From a virus, in the IMG/VR virus record IMGVR_UViG_3300021960_000018: a stretch of DNA of 64,000 bases. One strand, written 5' to 3'. Shown here piece after piece: positions 8,583 to 18,569 of the stretch; the stretch's first letter is position 1, and each line of letters begins with the position of its first letter. The notes under the pieces were generated by a model that was not told the DNA's origin, did no database searches, and saw nothing but the letters and a program-made list of their open reading frames with translations. A program made the translations under genes and the position numbers.

Positions 8583-9158
8583 TTAACCCCTTTTAATAAC
8601 GGTATAGCCTACGTTTTTAATGCAGTGCTCTACGATTTTCCATCCATTGGCTTCACCCCAGTCCCGAAGACACCTAAACAACTGATCATCTGGTCTACCG
8701 TTAACAATAGTCGTATCATGCGCAATAATATATTTCCTAACAGTTCCGCCGTGTAAATCGAGTTCTTTTATCATATGGGAAGCATGATGATAAGAATCGA
8801 TAACCAACATATCAGACCAACCGAGAGAAGCAATGGTTCTTCCATCGGTTTGTCTAGTTACCAATTCGATATTATTTTCTGCCGCATAAGATTCCGCCAG
8901 CGGTTTAAGAAACTTATTATAACGGGAAAAATCGATATCAACCAATTGGATACGTTTAAATTTTTCTAATAGAGCAACCGAGGCAGTCCCACCTTGGTGT
9001 ACACCGATTTCCATATAGTTGTGGACACCTCTAGAATATCTACGTATAGCATCGTGGATTAGACAGTAATCATCGCCATGCGCTTCCTCTTGCTGTCTAC
9101 GGATCTCTTTATTGAACTCCTCGACAGAAGTTACATGACCAAGTTCTGCATTAATCAT
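8583..9158 (-). CDS. Class I SAM methyltransferase-like protein
   Basis: YMEIGVHQGGT, LVIDSYH, IIAHDT. Confidence 0.65.
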   Translation of the reverse strand: MINAELGHVTSVEEFNKEIRRQQEEAHGDDYCLIHDAIRRYSRGVHNYMEIGVHQGGTASVALLEKFKRIQLVDIDFSRYNKFLKPLAESYAAENNIELVTRQTDGRTIASLGWSDMLVIDSYHHASHMIKELDLHGGTVRKYIIAHDTTIVNGRPDDQLFRCLRDWGEANGWKIVEHCIKNVGYTVIKRG

Positions 9159-9871
9159 TGTGAATATTCCTCAAATATCTCTACTATATCCTGTAAGTTT
9201 GGTAGATTTGCATCATTATATATCGGCTTCTCAACAGTAGAAATTACGTGCTCTATTTTCATGGCAGCATAGTGGTCGGCAAACTTAGATCCATCACCAT
9301 GTAGTTTCCTGGGACCACTGACATGAGCAGCAGGAATGCCATAAGCATGTGCAGCGATAATACCATGAAGGCTAGAAGATATAATTCTTTTGCAAGAGGT
9401 GATTTGTTTTGCGACCTCCAAAGGTTCGCTGTTAACCACATCGATAATATAATGGTCAGGATACTTAGACTTAAAATAGCTAAAGTGTTCATAATGTGGG
9501 ACTAATCCTATCTCATGTTGCTTTTTACTTTCGGGGCAGAACATAGGCAATAACAATGCCGGATCCCCGTACACGTCCGGGCACGCGCCCCCGTGCGCGA
9601 GTACGTTCGAGCGGGTGTGCGGCCCGCGAACGAATCTCCATGTTGCAGTTGGTTCTGCATGTTCTCCTTTACGAATCATACCAGATCCGAGCACAGTCGA
9701 ACCTGGTGTAGCCAATCTTGCGATTGAACCAATCACATACATTGTACCATATTCATGGACGTTTGTATGCTGAAATTTTATGTTAAAATGATCTAGTAGA
9801 TTACCCGTTAGTACATCACCAAAGTTATTTGGGATATCTCCCCAGTAGACCCGATTCACCGGTGTCTCCAT
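9155..9871 (-). CDS. Polysaccharide pyruvyl transferase (ExoV-like)
   Basis: NFGD, VRGPHT, GDPALL, SSSLHGIIAAHAYGIP. Confidence 0.85.
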   Translation of the reverse strand: METPVNRVYWGDIPNNFGDVLTGNLLDHFNIKFQHTNVHEYGTMYVIGSIARLATPGSTVLGSGMIRKGEHAEPTATWRFVRGPHTRSNVLAHGGACPDVYGDPALLLPMFCPESKKQHEIGLVPHYEHFSYFKSKYPDHYIIDVVNSEPLEVAKQITSCKRIISSSLHGIIAAHAYGIPAAHVSGPRKLHGDGSKFADHYAAMKIEHVISTVEKPIYNDANLPNLQDIVEIFEEYSQ

Positions 9872-10635
9872 TGATTAACTGGTTTGTTGACGATATCGTA
9901 GATCATATTATCATTTAAGATATCTCGGGGTCTAGTTTGTACGTGTACGAACACAGTATTATCTACTCGGTTATCAATTACATCTCTCGGCGTTTTATCT
10001 CCGGTATAGTGTACTTGGGAATTCCACTTGATATCCATTTCTGTAAATTCAGTTTTACCGGAATGAACCATAACACCAAGATAGTTTTGATCCAGGTGAT
10101 AGAATCGATTCATCCCCTGCATAGATCTAACATATTCGTCATACTCTGGCCATGATCTGGCTGCCTCTCTTGCTTCTTTGGTATAATAAACTACCCCAGA
10201 ATTAAATACAAGAGGTCTGCGATTTGAATCTAGTGGTACTGTAATATCGAAAGTGTGTTTAGCTCTAATAGCCCACATTTTATCTGCTGCAGTATTAATG
10301 GGCCCGTTCGATTCGAATCTTAATTGCGGTTGCAACGGTTCCCGCACCATTCCAATACCTTTTACATTCTCTTCAAAAATATTACAATCTGCTAAAACAG
10401 TTGGGAAAATATCCATATCGAGGAACAGAACATCATCATAATCTTCAAATGCAGGATCGAAGATCGGGCGGAGACAATCCATATAATTCGAATTTAATCC
10501 ATGTGAAAATGGTTTATTCAGATCGACCCTGTGTTCAACCCCTATATAATTTGCATAAGTTCCAATTTGCTTTGCACTACACATAGCATAATATGGAACT
10601 GTTCCATTCCAGAATTGATAAATTAAATTACGCAT
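9856..10635 (-). CDS. GT-A glycosyltransferase
   Basis: LFLDMD, FNSGV, DQNYL, FVH. Confidence 0.7.
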   Translation of the reverse strand: MRNLIYQFWNGTVPYYAMCSAKQIGTYANYIGVEHRVDLNKPFSHGLNSNYMDCLRPIFDPAFEDYDDVLFLDMDIFPTVLADCNIFEENVKGIGMVREPLQPQLRFESNGPINTAADKMWAIRAKHTFDITVPLDSNRRPLVFNSGVVYYTKEAREAARSWPEYDEYVRSMQGMNRFYHLDQNYLGVMVHSGKTEFTEMDIKWNSQVHYTGDKTPRDVIDNRVDNTVFVHVQTRPRDILNDNMIYDIVNKPVNQWRHR

Positions 10636-11297
10636 TGCTCCACCAATTTAGCAAGTACTTCTTTCTTAGTTGTCTTTGGCCCTTGAAGAGTCCATTTGGG
10701 TCTAATATGAATAATATAAGCCCGTGACATGTCATCGAAGCTATTCATATCCCATTCGTTACCCTTTCCAATACCATTAAAATATGTATCTTCAGTTTCG
10801 GGAAGACCGGATTTCCAAGCTAGATAATGCATAATGCTTTCATCTTTTAGCTGTCTGTCTAGCTGACCAAGTATTTGATCTGTAGGGATAGCAGATCTAA
10901 GTCTGATACGAGTTTCTCTATCAAATTTATATATTGCTCCACCCCAGTAAGGTGCGGTGTGATTTGCTAAAAGCCCATTCCTGGTAGCAATCTTTTCTCT
11001 TAATTCGGATTGAATTTTAGTATGTCTACCCATACCCTTTGCTTCAAAGATATTTGATTTATTCTCTCGATGGGTAAACATATCACAGTCTAGCATTACA
11101 ACATTATCGTATTCGTCATACTCTGGCATTAAAAAGCAAAGCTTTTGGGATTGGTCACTTAGCCATCCCTTCCAAGGTTTACCGGTAATAAGCTTATGTT
11201 CAACCCCAATGGATTTAGCATAGGCAGAAATATTATCAACGGAATCTTTTGCGACCCCTGCCAATTTTCCATTATAGTGTTGAAGAATAATATTCAT
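10623..11297 (-). CDS. GT-A glycosyltransferase, paralog of its neighbours
   Basis: YDNVVMLDCD, DE, IIH. Confidence 0.65.
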   Translation of the reverse strand: MNIILQHYNGKLAGVAKDSVDNISAYAKSIGVEHKLITGKPWKGWLSDQSQKLCFLMPEYDEYDNVVMLDCDMFTHRENKSNIFEAKGMGRHTKIQSELREKIATRNGLLANHTAPYWGGAIYKFDRETRIRLRSAIPTDQILGQLDRQLKDESIMHYLAWKSGLPETEDTYFNGIGKGNEWDMNSFDDMSRAYIIHIRPKWTLQGPKTTKKEVLAKLVEQCVI

Positions 11298-12007
11298 AGA
11301 TTTTTAATTACCCATTCTGCTATTACTTTATGTCCCTCGGCATTGGGATGATTGTCAACAGTTAATTCTTTCCAGTTCTTGATTAAAGTTTCTACACCAG
11401 TGCAACCATATAATCTAGGAAGAAAGGGAAATCCTATAATGAACTGAAGTTCCTCAAATAACTTATGACTAATTACCCTTTCAGTATAACCTGAATTTAA
11501 TGGTTCAGCAATCTGTACAACAATAAGTTTCTTATCCATACTATTACATATGGCTTTAAATTGTAGGATTTTAGAAATATTAGATTCAATAACATTTCTA
11601 AACTGTATATCTTTATAATCAAATTCTCGGAAATAGTTTATTTCTGGATCTTCTCCGGATTTCACCCTATGATTTTCACCAGGTATCCAAAGTCTGTGTT
11701 CAGGAGGATTAGCAAGATTTACATATAGATTTAAACCCGGGATCCAAGTTCTTTCCCATTGGGTTAAACCTAGGATTACTATATCGTAATCGTCACCATT
11801 AGAAACTAATTCTACGGTAAGTCTATCGATGATTAATTCATTTGATCCACCGGCTTCAGATAAGTTCTTTTTCAAATCCCAGCCAAAATGATTACAGACA
11901 AGTTCTGGCCAGATATCAATTCCATCGTAAGTTTCGCCGTTCTTTCCTTTATACTTTTCTCGATCGGAAAAACTACATCCCGCTATTAAGACATCCATTC
12001 TCGCCAA
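11294..12007 (-). CDS. SGNH/GDSL-like protein
   Basis: GCSFS, GGSNE, DNHPNAEGH; paralog of 36241-37017. Confidence 0.65.
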   Translation of the reverse strand: MARMDVLIAGCSFSDREKYKGKNGETYDGIDIWPELVCNHFGWDLKKNLSEAGGSNELIIDRLTVELVSNGDDYDIVILGLTQWERTWIPGLNLYVNLANPPEHRLWIPGENHRVKSGEDPEINYFREFDYKDIQFRNVIESNISKILQFKAICNSMDKKLIVVQIAEPLNSGYTERVISHKLFEELQFIIGFPFLPRLYGCTGVETLIKNWKELTVDNHPNAEGHKVIAEWVIKNL

Positions 12008-12666
12008 CCCATATCATAATCCAAATAATATAAATCCCTGATAATTTGTTTATTTCCTTCTGATAAATCTTCTTCTGAAAATGGACCATTCCATTTTACT
12101 CCAGATTTATTAAGCGATTCATACCCATCTAGATTTTTTTCTTTAAGAAATGAATTTAATTCACTAAGTTTATAAGCAAAAATATTTTTTCTTAAAGTAT
12201 ATTTGCAGCCAAAAAATAATGTCTGCGGCCAGAACACGTCCATTTCATATACCAAGTTATAATAGAGAACAAATTCTAACCAATCGTTAATTTTTGGCGG
12301 GGGTACCCAATCTGGCTGAATAGCCAAAGAACGATGGATCGTCATATTACTGGCCGAAATAAATCTTTTTATCGGATCTCTATAAAAAATATATATTGGA
12401 TTCTTCGATAAATCTAATGGCCATGTTTCTAAGTTACGATTAAAAGGTTTTGAAAATGATTCTTCCCATGATATATCTTTTATTTGCGGATTTATTTTTT
12501 TCAATTCTTCCCACTGTATATTTGCAATTGTAGTAGAGGCATTCTTGGGACAATTTTTTATAGAAAACCCATTGAAGGGAAGGATGTTGGATGCAAACCG
12601 ATCAATCTTAGTTTTATTAATTCCTAAAGATTTATATCTTATGTGTTCAGGCAATTCCGGTATCAT
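11986..12666 (-). CDS. Sulfotransferase family 2 protein
   Basis: PAPS-binding motifs PKNASTT and RDPIKRFIS; C-terminal Y..DY. Confidence 0.75.
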   Translation of the reverse strand: MIPELPEHIRYKSLGINKTKIDRFASNILPFNGFSIKNCPKNASTTIANIQWEELKKINPQIKDISWEESFSKPFNRNLETWPLDLSKNPIYIFYRDPIKRFISASNMTIHRSLAIQPDWVPPPKINDWLEFVLYYNLVYEMDVFWPQTLFFGCKYTLRKNIFAYKLSELNSFLKEKNLDGYESLNKSGVKWNGPFSEEDLSEGNKQIIRDLYYLDYDMGWREWMS

Positions 12667-13443
12667 TTATACCTCCCTCATTAGATCCTCTACGTTTTCT
12701 CCACGTTCAGGCAATTTGTCTTTAAGGAAGAAGTGTACAAAATGACAATGCTTTATCTTTGTATTTGCAGTATACAAGCCATTCCATTTCCAATGGAGAT
12801 GCTGGATATTCATCTTTTCTTTGCGGATCCACCAGTTTAATAGTGTTTGGTCCGTTGACCACTTCCATGCACCAACGCCATCAATAAACGGTTTAAACTC
12901 CGGGCGTTCTAAGAACTGCTTCGGAGTCTGGCCTTTTAGATATTTTGTAATGGATTTGTTCATGACCATTACGCCCATGTTCATGAACTCGTATCCAAGA
13001 TGATTTGGACGAAAGTCGACTTGAGGATGTAAGGTTCGATACTGCATCGATGAATAGTTTAAGATCTTATTCTTATACTGTTCGTTGATGGGCATTTCCC
13101 GTTCAACTACGGCAGCGAAGTCAGTATCGCCATTAAGATGGTCAAAAATATTAGGACTACCGGGACGAACCCAAATATCCGAATCAATGATAGCAATCTG
13201 GTCGTACCGATCAAAGAACTCGAATGCGTTTTCTTTTTCGTAGATCGGGAGCGGGAGCGGGCGGGCCTGACATTCAGCCGATCTGTTCGATGTAAACGGA
13301 TCAGGCCGAATCCAGAGTTTTGGGGTGATTTGTTTAACGTAGTCGATACCGTTTTCTTTGGCATATAACTCTACCGTATTAGTGCAATAATTATATAGTT
13401 TAGATTGCGGCCCTACAGCCACCTGGTAGATCAACCGTTTCAT
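12667..13443 (-). CDS. GT-A glycosyltransferase
   Basis: IIDSD, NMGVM, DQTLLN, FVHFF. Confidence 0.75.
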   Translation of the reverse strand: MKRLIYQVAVGPQSKLYNYCTNTVELYAKENGIDYVKQITPKLWIRPDPFTSNRSAECQARPLPLPIYEKENAFEFFDRYDQIAIIDSDIWVRPGSPNIFDHLNGDTDFAAVVEREMPINEQYKNKILNYSSMQYRTLHPQVDFRPNHLGYEFMNMGVMVMNKSITKYLKGQTPKQFLERPEFKPFIDGVGAWKWSTDQTLLNWWIRKEKMNIQHLHWKWNGLYTANTKIKHCHFVHFFLKDKLPERGENVEDLMREV

Positions 13444-13637
13444 TATACTGCCTTTAGAATTGTCTCAGCAATATCTATGGCTTCATTAAAGCCGGTTCTA
13501 AAACGATTTTTCTTATGGCCATTCTTTACAAACTCTTGAAGAGTATCAATGGTGCCATCTTTTTTAATACCAACGAATCCACGAGCAAGTTCTTCCCACT
13601 CAGTACGTAGGTTTAGAATCTCAAATACCGACAACAT
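13443..13637 (-). CDS. Hypothetical protein
   Basis: Translationally coupled small ORF. Confidence 0.55.
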   Translation of the reverse strand: MLSVFEILNLRTEWEELARGFVGIKKDGTIDTLQEFVKNGHKKNRFRTGFNEAIDIAETILKAV

Positions 13638-14208
13638 GTTCGTAAATCTCCTTCCAGTTTTTCATAGTTGGAAAACGCTTATCGTTCATATTGTGACCGT
13701 GTTCCATAACGATTGATTCGAGACCAAGAGACCAACCAAGTTCAGCATTTTCTATTTTATCTTCAATCCAGTAATATCCAGTATCCTTATAAGGAGCGAG
13801 GATATCATCTTTATCCGCACCACAATCAGCAAAGACAAACTTTTCAAAAGCAGTATCACCGAATAGTTTTTGGGTGTTCTGGATCCGAAGAGCTTGAGCA
13901 GCTGGATCCAGAGACAACGAAGTCAGCATATGGAAGACATAACCATGTTTCCGATGTAACAGATCTACATAGTACATGGCATCGCGAAGAGGAGGTAGAA
14001 AGCCAATAGCAGCAGACTCATTAAAAGTCTTAACCAATGACTTTTTCACATCACTTGGTAGCCCGTAACGAAGCCCCATATCATAGTGATTCTCACCGCC
14101 TTTAACCATTTTAAAGCCTTGACGTTGGATCCAAACGTTGAAAGCGTACTCCCAATTCATTAGGACCCCATCGCAGTCGGTGAGGATCACTTTATCAAAA
14201 TTATTCAT
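13621..14208 (-). CDS. HAD phosphatase, T4 30.2-like/5'(3')-nucleotidase
   Basis: DCDGVL and WIEDK motifs. Confidence 0.8.
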   Translation of the reverse strand: MNNFDKVILTDCDGVLMNWEYAFNVWIQRQGFKMVKGGENHYDMGLRYGLPSDVKKSLVKTFNESAAIGFLPPLRDAMYYVDLLHRKHGYVFHMLTSLSLDPAAQALRIQNTQKLFGDTAFEKFVFADCGADKDDILAPYKDTGYYWIEDKIENAELGWSLGLESIVMEHGHNMNDKRFPTMKNWKEIYEHVVGI

Positions 14209-14216
14209 AATATCTC

Positions 14217-14420
14217 CTATTCTTGATGGGTATAGTATACCGCATCCAGATCAGGTTGTAAATCCTCTTTTTCTTCTGAATCGAAAAAAGTTTCATCTAT
14301 TGCAAGTTTACGACGCCCACCTTTGTCTTCTTCCCGGATTCGTTTTTCTTTCCAGAGAGCAAACGATTTATGCCGTCCTTTCTTTTTGTTGCGGGGATCG
14401 TGCCGAGCATACTTAGCCAT
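14217..14420 (-). CDS. Small basic hypothetical protein
   Basis: MAKYARHDPRNKKK; coupled to the glutaredoxin gene. Confidence 0.55.
   Translation of the reverse strand: MAKYARHDPRNKKKGRHKSFALWKEKRIREEDKGGRRKLAIDETFFDSEEKEDLQPDLDAVYYTHQE
14222..14265 (-). promoter_or_regulatory. Early promoter variant
   Basis: GGATTTACA...TATACT upstream of 14208. Confidence 0.55.
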
Positions 14421-14674
14421 TAGAATTTACCTTGTCCATAATTACCAATGTTATGATTTTCGATTGCCATAGTTAAATCTGAGTAACCTCCGATATATTT
14501 GTGGTCCCAATAGATCTGCGGGACGGTTTTAAAATTTTCAATTTTAGTAGATAGCTCATTATAAATCTCGGGATCATCAACATCCTTCCATTCATATGCT
14601 AGGCCGTAGTCTTCACATAGAGCCTTTGCTTTACGACAGAATGAACACCATGATGCACCATAGATTGTTATCAT
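14420..14674 (-). CDS. Glutaredoxin (NrdC/NrdH-like)
   Basis: CSFC, TVPQIY, IGGYSDL. Confidence 0.9.
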   Translation of the reverse strand: MITIYGASWCSFCRKAKALCEDYGLAYEWKDVDDPEIYNELSTKIENFKTVPQIYWDHKYIGGYSDLTMAIENHNIGNYGQGKF

Positions 14675-14808
14675 GTAGCTTTCCTCTTTTTTCTAAGTTT
14701 ACGTAATCGGCTAAATAGCCGCTCTGTTTTTTCCTGAATGATGTTTTTGGTTTCTTTGCGACGTTTTCTTGCAGCTTCGCTACGCTGCATTCTTTCTGCT
14801 TTGTCCAT
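14671..14808 (-). CDS. 45-aa highly basic peptide (not in ORF track)
   Basis: MDKAERMQRSEAARKRRKE...KRKAT fills the gap between phoH and the glutaredoxin gene. Confidence 0.5.
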   Translation of the reverse strand: MDKAERMQRSEAARKRRKETKNIIQEKTERLFSRLRKLRKKRKAT

Positions 14809-14809
14809 A

Positions 14810-15496
14810 TTAGTACCCCATCATTTCTTTGGTCATAATATAGTCTCGGACGAACTCACTCCTGACAATGTCCGCCCACCCAAATTGAACCACTCGGAAC
14901 GCCCGCATGGTTTCAATAATAGAAAGGAACTTAATAATCCCTTCCTTCTCATCTTCATATTTGAAATCTGTTTGCTTATGATCCCCAGCAAAGATAATCC
15001 GGCAGTCCTCACCCACACGGGTAATTACCGAATCAAGCTCATGGAAGTTCATATTTTGCATCTCGTCTATTACTAGAATAGTTTGATCGAAGGTTGCGCC
15101 ACGAATGTAAGAAGTTGTTTCGAATTCAATTTTTCGAGTAGCAACTAACTTACCCCAAGCGCCTTCATATCCAAAAATCTCATCGCAAAGATTTTTATAT
15201 GGTAGTTTATAGGGTTCTTCTTTTTCATTCTTATTACCAGGAAGGAATCCAGCATCGCGAGTAGGAACCATTGATCGAATGATCATTACCTTACGATATA
15301 GGTCTGGATTCTCAGTCAATGCTTTTAGTGCAAAGTATAGTGCCATAAAGGTCTTACCTGTACCAGCACTACCAGCCATTACAAGATTGTGTCCATTCTC
15401 CCAGGCATCAAAAGCCTTTTGTTGATTTTCAGTATAGGGTTCAACTGGTTCAATTTCATCTGCCAGAATCAGATGTGTGGAATTAGTTCTTTTCAT
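14810..15496 (-). CDS. phoH: PhoH-like ATPase
   Basis: GSAGTGKT, GFLPG, IRGATF, DEMQN, GDHKQTD, DIVRS. Confidence 0.93.
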   Translation of the reverse strand: MKRTNSTHLILADEIEPVEPYTENQQKAFDAWENGHNLVMAGSAGTGKTFMALYFALKALTENPDLYRKVMIIRSMVPTRDAGFLPGNKNEKEEPYKLPYKNLCDEIFGYEGAWGKLVATRKIEFETTSYIRGATFDQTILVIDEMQNMNFHELDSVITRVGEDCRIIFAGDHKQTDFKYEDEKEGIIKFLSIIETMRAFRVVQFGWADIVRSEFVRDYIMTKEMMGY

Positions 15497-15497
15497 A

Positions 15498-15731
15498 TTA
15501 AGTCCGAATAGTGTTCCCTCGGCCAGCGCCTTTTTTAATTTTTTTCAATACGTCTTTCCATCCATCATCTGTTTTTGATAATACACCTCCCACACTACTT
15601 ACAGTTCTGGGTGCTGCTAGCTTCTGAGTTAGATCTGAGTCTTCTTTGAGGATTTCTTGGAGCTCTTCCCAGGTGCAGACAACGTCCCATTCTTCTTCTG
15701 TTGATTTTCTTTTGATTGTATACGAAGGCAT
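15498..15731 (-). CDS. Conserved T4-like hypothetical protein (FmdB-like, MPSY start)
   Basis: MPSYTI...DDGWKDVLKKIK; typical neighbour of phoH. Confidence 0.6.
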   Translation of the reverse strand: MPSYTIKRKSTEEEWDVVCTWEELQEILKEDSDLTQKLAAPRTVSSVGGVLSKTDDGWKDVLKKIKKGAGRGNTIRT

Positions 15732-15917
15732 AACTCTTTCCACGCTTTCCAATTTTCTTCTACATTATATCGATATGACGTGTTCCATCTCTGTGATAAA
15801 CCGGACCACAATTGTATATATGTAGACTTACCGCTTTCAGATTTTACCAATCTCATTTTAGTATCTCCGAGGGATAATTCGTCGATTACTATTAATTGTA
15901 ATTCTTGAAAGAGGGTT

Positions 15918-16223
15918 TTATTCGTCTTCAGCTGTTTGGGCATATTGATATGTAAAGAAGGGTTGAGAGGTAGAGAATGGATCATCAACACCTTCAATGG
16001 TTTCAATCTCGGGGATAAACGTTTTAAGAATATTCTCTACACCCATTTTAAGAGTTTGGGTCGATGCGGCACATCCTGAACATGCACCACCCATTTCAAG
16101 AATCACATGACCATTTTCATAATTTAAGAATTTAATCTGCCCGCCATGAAAATCGACAGCAGGTTGAACGTGGGATTCTAGATATTTTTCAATATCGGCG
16201 ATGATTTCTTCATCAGTACGCAT
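15918..16223 (-). CDS. NifU-C/NfuA-type Fe-S cluster carrier
   Basis: VQPAVDFHGG, GACSGC, TLKMGVE. Confidence 0.88.
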   Translation of the reverse strand: MRTDEEIIADIEKYLESHVQPAVDFHGGQIKFLNYENGHVILEMGGACSGCAASTQTLKMGVENILKTFIPEIETIEGVDDPFSTSQPFFTYQYAQTAEDE

Positions 16224-16788
16224 AGGTTGGTTCCTTTACTTTAAACCATTCTGGGATAGATCGTTTTGTCCAGGACATGTCAAAACGATCTTGCTTAGTT
16301 TGATAGAATGCACGATAAGACCCAACGGCATCCATATGATTGATACATTCCGGTGCAGCGCCCATAGCAAGTTTGAAACGAGTCTGGACAATATTAGGAA
16401 TGTTTTTAGGCGGGTTAGAAAGCAAGTCAGAAAGATCATTCCACGACTTGTGAACTTTACCGTAGCGGTAAGTGTATTCCTCTGACAAAGCTTTGAAGTG
16501 CTGGTAATGCCAGATATAGTTTGCTTTGGATTCCATAGTCCATACTGTGCAGGGGTGACCGACGTGTACTGCATTATACAGTTTAGTATCCATTTCAGGA
16601 TCTGCAAGTGTCCAGGCTTTAACCATAGTCTTACCGGACTTAGATGGGATGCGTGTAAGTTTACCATCGAGGATACGATGTACAGTGGATAGCATTTGCG
16701 CTGATTCTAGAACCATTTTGACTACGTGCTTGTCGCATTGTAGTTGTGCCGCTGTAACTGGATTTTCGTCAAGGATAAAAATATTCAT
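16213..16788 (-). CDS. Pyrimidine-dimer DNA glycosylase (DenV-superfamily)-like protein
   Basis: MNIFILD...DKHVVKMVLESAQML, HPCTVW, EYTYRYGKVH. Confidence 0.75.
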   Translation of the reverse strand: MNIFILDENPVTAAQLQCDKHVVKMVLESAQMLSTVHRILDGKLTRIPSKSGKTMVKAWTLADPEMDTKLYNAVHVGHPCTVWTMESKANYIWHYQHFKALSEEYTYRYGKVHKSWNDLSDLLSNPPKNIPNIVQTRFKLAMGAAPECINHMDAVGSYRAFYQTKQDRFDMSWTKRSIPEWFKVKEPTYAY

Positions 16789-16803
16789 GTGTGCTCCGTG
16801 TGT

Positions 16804-16830
16804 AAAAGGGTAGGAGTTGCCCCCTACCCA
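16804..16830 (-). terminator. GC hairpin plus short U-tract
   Basis: GGGTAGG...CCTACCC followed by TTTT; lies just downstream of a GGGGTTTACA promoter at ~16832-16868. Confidence 0.5.
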
Positions 16831-16866
16831 ATTATCCTACCGCATATGGTAAGAAGTGTAAACCCC

Positions 16867-17022
16867 CTAAGTTGAATAGGCCTCAATATATTGTTTTAGG
16901 TAATCCCTCTTCGACCAGACCTTTTTAGATAAATCTTCCCTCCCCTCTTCTCTTAGCTCCTGAACGAAAGCTTCGATTTTATGAAGATCTGACTTAAGAC
17001 GATCGAGTTGAGTTGCTACCAT
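16867..17022 (-). CDS. 51-aa helical protein (not in ORF track)
   Basis: MVATQLDRLKSDLHKIE...AYST with SD AGGAG. Confidence 0.6.
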   Translation of the reverse strand: MVATQLDRLKSDLHKIEAFVQELREEGREDLSKKVWSKRDYLKQYIEAYST

Positions 17023-17055
17023 GTGGCTTCTCCTGTTATAGTTACGGTTTCTCCA

Positions 17056-17478
17056 TTATGTAGAGCTCACTAGGTTTGGAAATGCCTCGTTAACAAGAGC
17101 CGGAGTAATACCTCCGCCAAATTTCTCTTTGTTAATCATAGACACTACCAATTCAGCATCCTTCGGATGAATTTCTTCCAGAAGGGAAATGAAAATAGAC
17201 TCTCTCTTGTAAGGAGAAAGTTGCTGAGACACAGTTCCATATACAAAGTATTTGAACTGAGTATGCTTTTTGAGAAGATTCGATGGAGCATTGTGTCCAT
17301 CGTTTGGGGTGTAAGGAGGTTTACCCCCTGGCAGGGACCATTTAATTTTAGGATCCAGAGTCCCCTTTAATACGTCTTTCAGTGCCCAAGATTCGTATTT
17401 TTTAAGGATCTCAATCTTTTCTTTTTTAGTCTTTGCCGCCTGGGCTTTTTCAATCACTTCATGAACATATAGTTTCAT
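17056..17478 (-). CDS. Conserved T4-like hypothetical protein
   Basis: WSLPGGKPPY...RESIFISLLEEIHPKDAE; follows rnh. Confidence 0.7.
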   Translation of the reverse strand: MKLYVHEVIEKAQAAKTKKEKIEILKKYESWALKDVLKGTLDPKIKWSLPGGKPPYTPNDGHNAPSNLLKKHTQFKYFVYGTVSQQLSPYKRESIFISLLEEIHPKDAELVVSMINKEKFGGGITPALVNEAFPNLVSST

Positions 17479-18347
17479 TAGTCAATAAACTCCTGCACAT
17501 TTTCTAGTAAGAGCCGGCAGTTCTTAGAAATCAGATAGGGGAATACCTTACCCTTATTCTTAGAAGGATCCTGACTCTCGTAACTATTTATAATAGCTTT
17601 ACGGGTTTCGATTGGGGTAGATGGATGAATAAGATCGATCATCTGCTTATTGCGTTGATAGTTGCGATACCAACTGGCTGCATAGAGTAGCTCGCCATCT
17701 TCAAGATCTGCAATGATCTGATCTTTCTTTTTCTTAGATAGAATATTCTGCCGCTTACCTTCTACTAGGAAGGTGTCATCGTCAGATAAAACATTGGGCA
17801 CACCGTCACCAGTATCCCCACTAAGGATATGATCCATAAGATAGCTACGAGGGTGTTCCTCCTTGACCAGCTTTTTAAGCATAGGGGAATACTGCGATAC
17901 GTTATCGAATACTTGTAGCTGGCGGAAGTCTTTGTCTGCAGACACAATCATAACATCTTCCCAGTTACCAAATTCCTGGGTATAGTGTACTAGTTCTGCA
18001 ATAGAATCGTCTGCCTCGCATCCCCACTGATGGATAACCTTATAGGGGAATTCGTCTTTGAGCTCTTGCAATACCATATTGATAATACGGAATGCCTCGT
18101 CCCAATCGATCTTAGACTCCTCACGGGTAGACTTACGCTTGCCCTTATACTCAGGATAAACGTCACGACGCCAGTTACCGCCAGCATCTGCTACGATAAC
18201 GACTTCGCCATACTTCTTCTTGAACTTCTGGCGATACATACGAATAGAATTAAGGATCATGTGACGGATAAGATTTTCGTCCCCATGATGTGCGTGACCC
18301 ATGGCCACGGGTGCGATACTGATACCGCTATAGTCGATTAAGATCAT
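17478..18347 (-). CDS. rnh: T4-type RNase H (5'-3' exonuclease)
   Basis: LIDYS, WRRDVYPEYKGKR, EADD, SADKDF, GDTGDGVPN. Confidence 0.93.
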   Translation of the reverse strand: MILIDYSGISIAPVAMGHAHHGDENLIRHMILNSIRMYRQKFKKKYGEVVIVADAGGNWRRDVYPEYKGKRKSTREESKIDWDEAFRIINMVLQELKDEFPYKVIHQWGCEADDSIAELVHYTQEFGNWEDVMIVSADKDFRQLQVFDNVSQYSPMLKKLVKEEHPRSYLMDHILSGDTGDGVPNVLSDDDTFLVEGKRQNILSKKKKDQIIADLEDGELLYAASWYRNYQRNKQMIDLIHPSTPIETRKAIINSYESQDPSKNKGKVFPYLISKNCRLLLENVQEFID

Positions 18348-18559
18348 CAGTTAATCCATGTTTTAGTTAGACCGTAGGTATGCTTACACTTACCGTGCAT
18401 ACGCATACCCCAGCAATCACAAGTGAATCCCTTTTCAGTAAACTTAACAGTATATACGTTATCTTTACTGCCAGGGATTTCCCATTCTGTGCCAATAGCC
18501 CAGTGGTTGGCAAAGTTGATAAGATCAGATTTGTAGTAACGAGGACCGTACTTACGCAT
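18347..18559 (-). CDS. SWIM zinc-finger protein
   Basis: GSKDNVYTV...CDC...CKH; start MRKYGP after the early promoter and SD. Confidence 0.7.
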   Translation of the reverse strand: MRKYGPRYYKSDLINFANHWAIGTEWEIPGSKDNVYTVKFTEKGFTCDCWGMRMHGKCKHTYGLTKTWIN

Positions 18560-18569
18560 TACAATCTCC

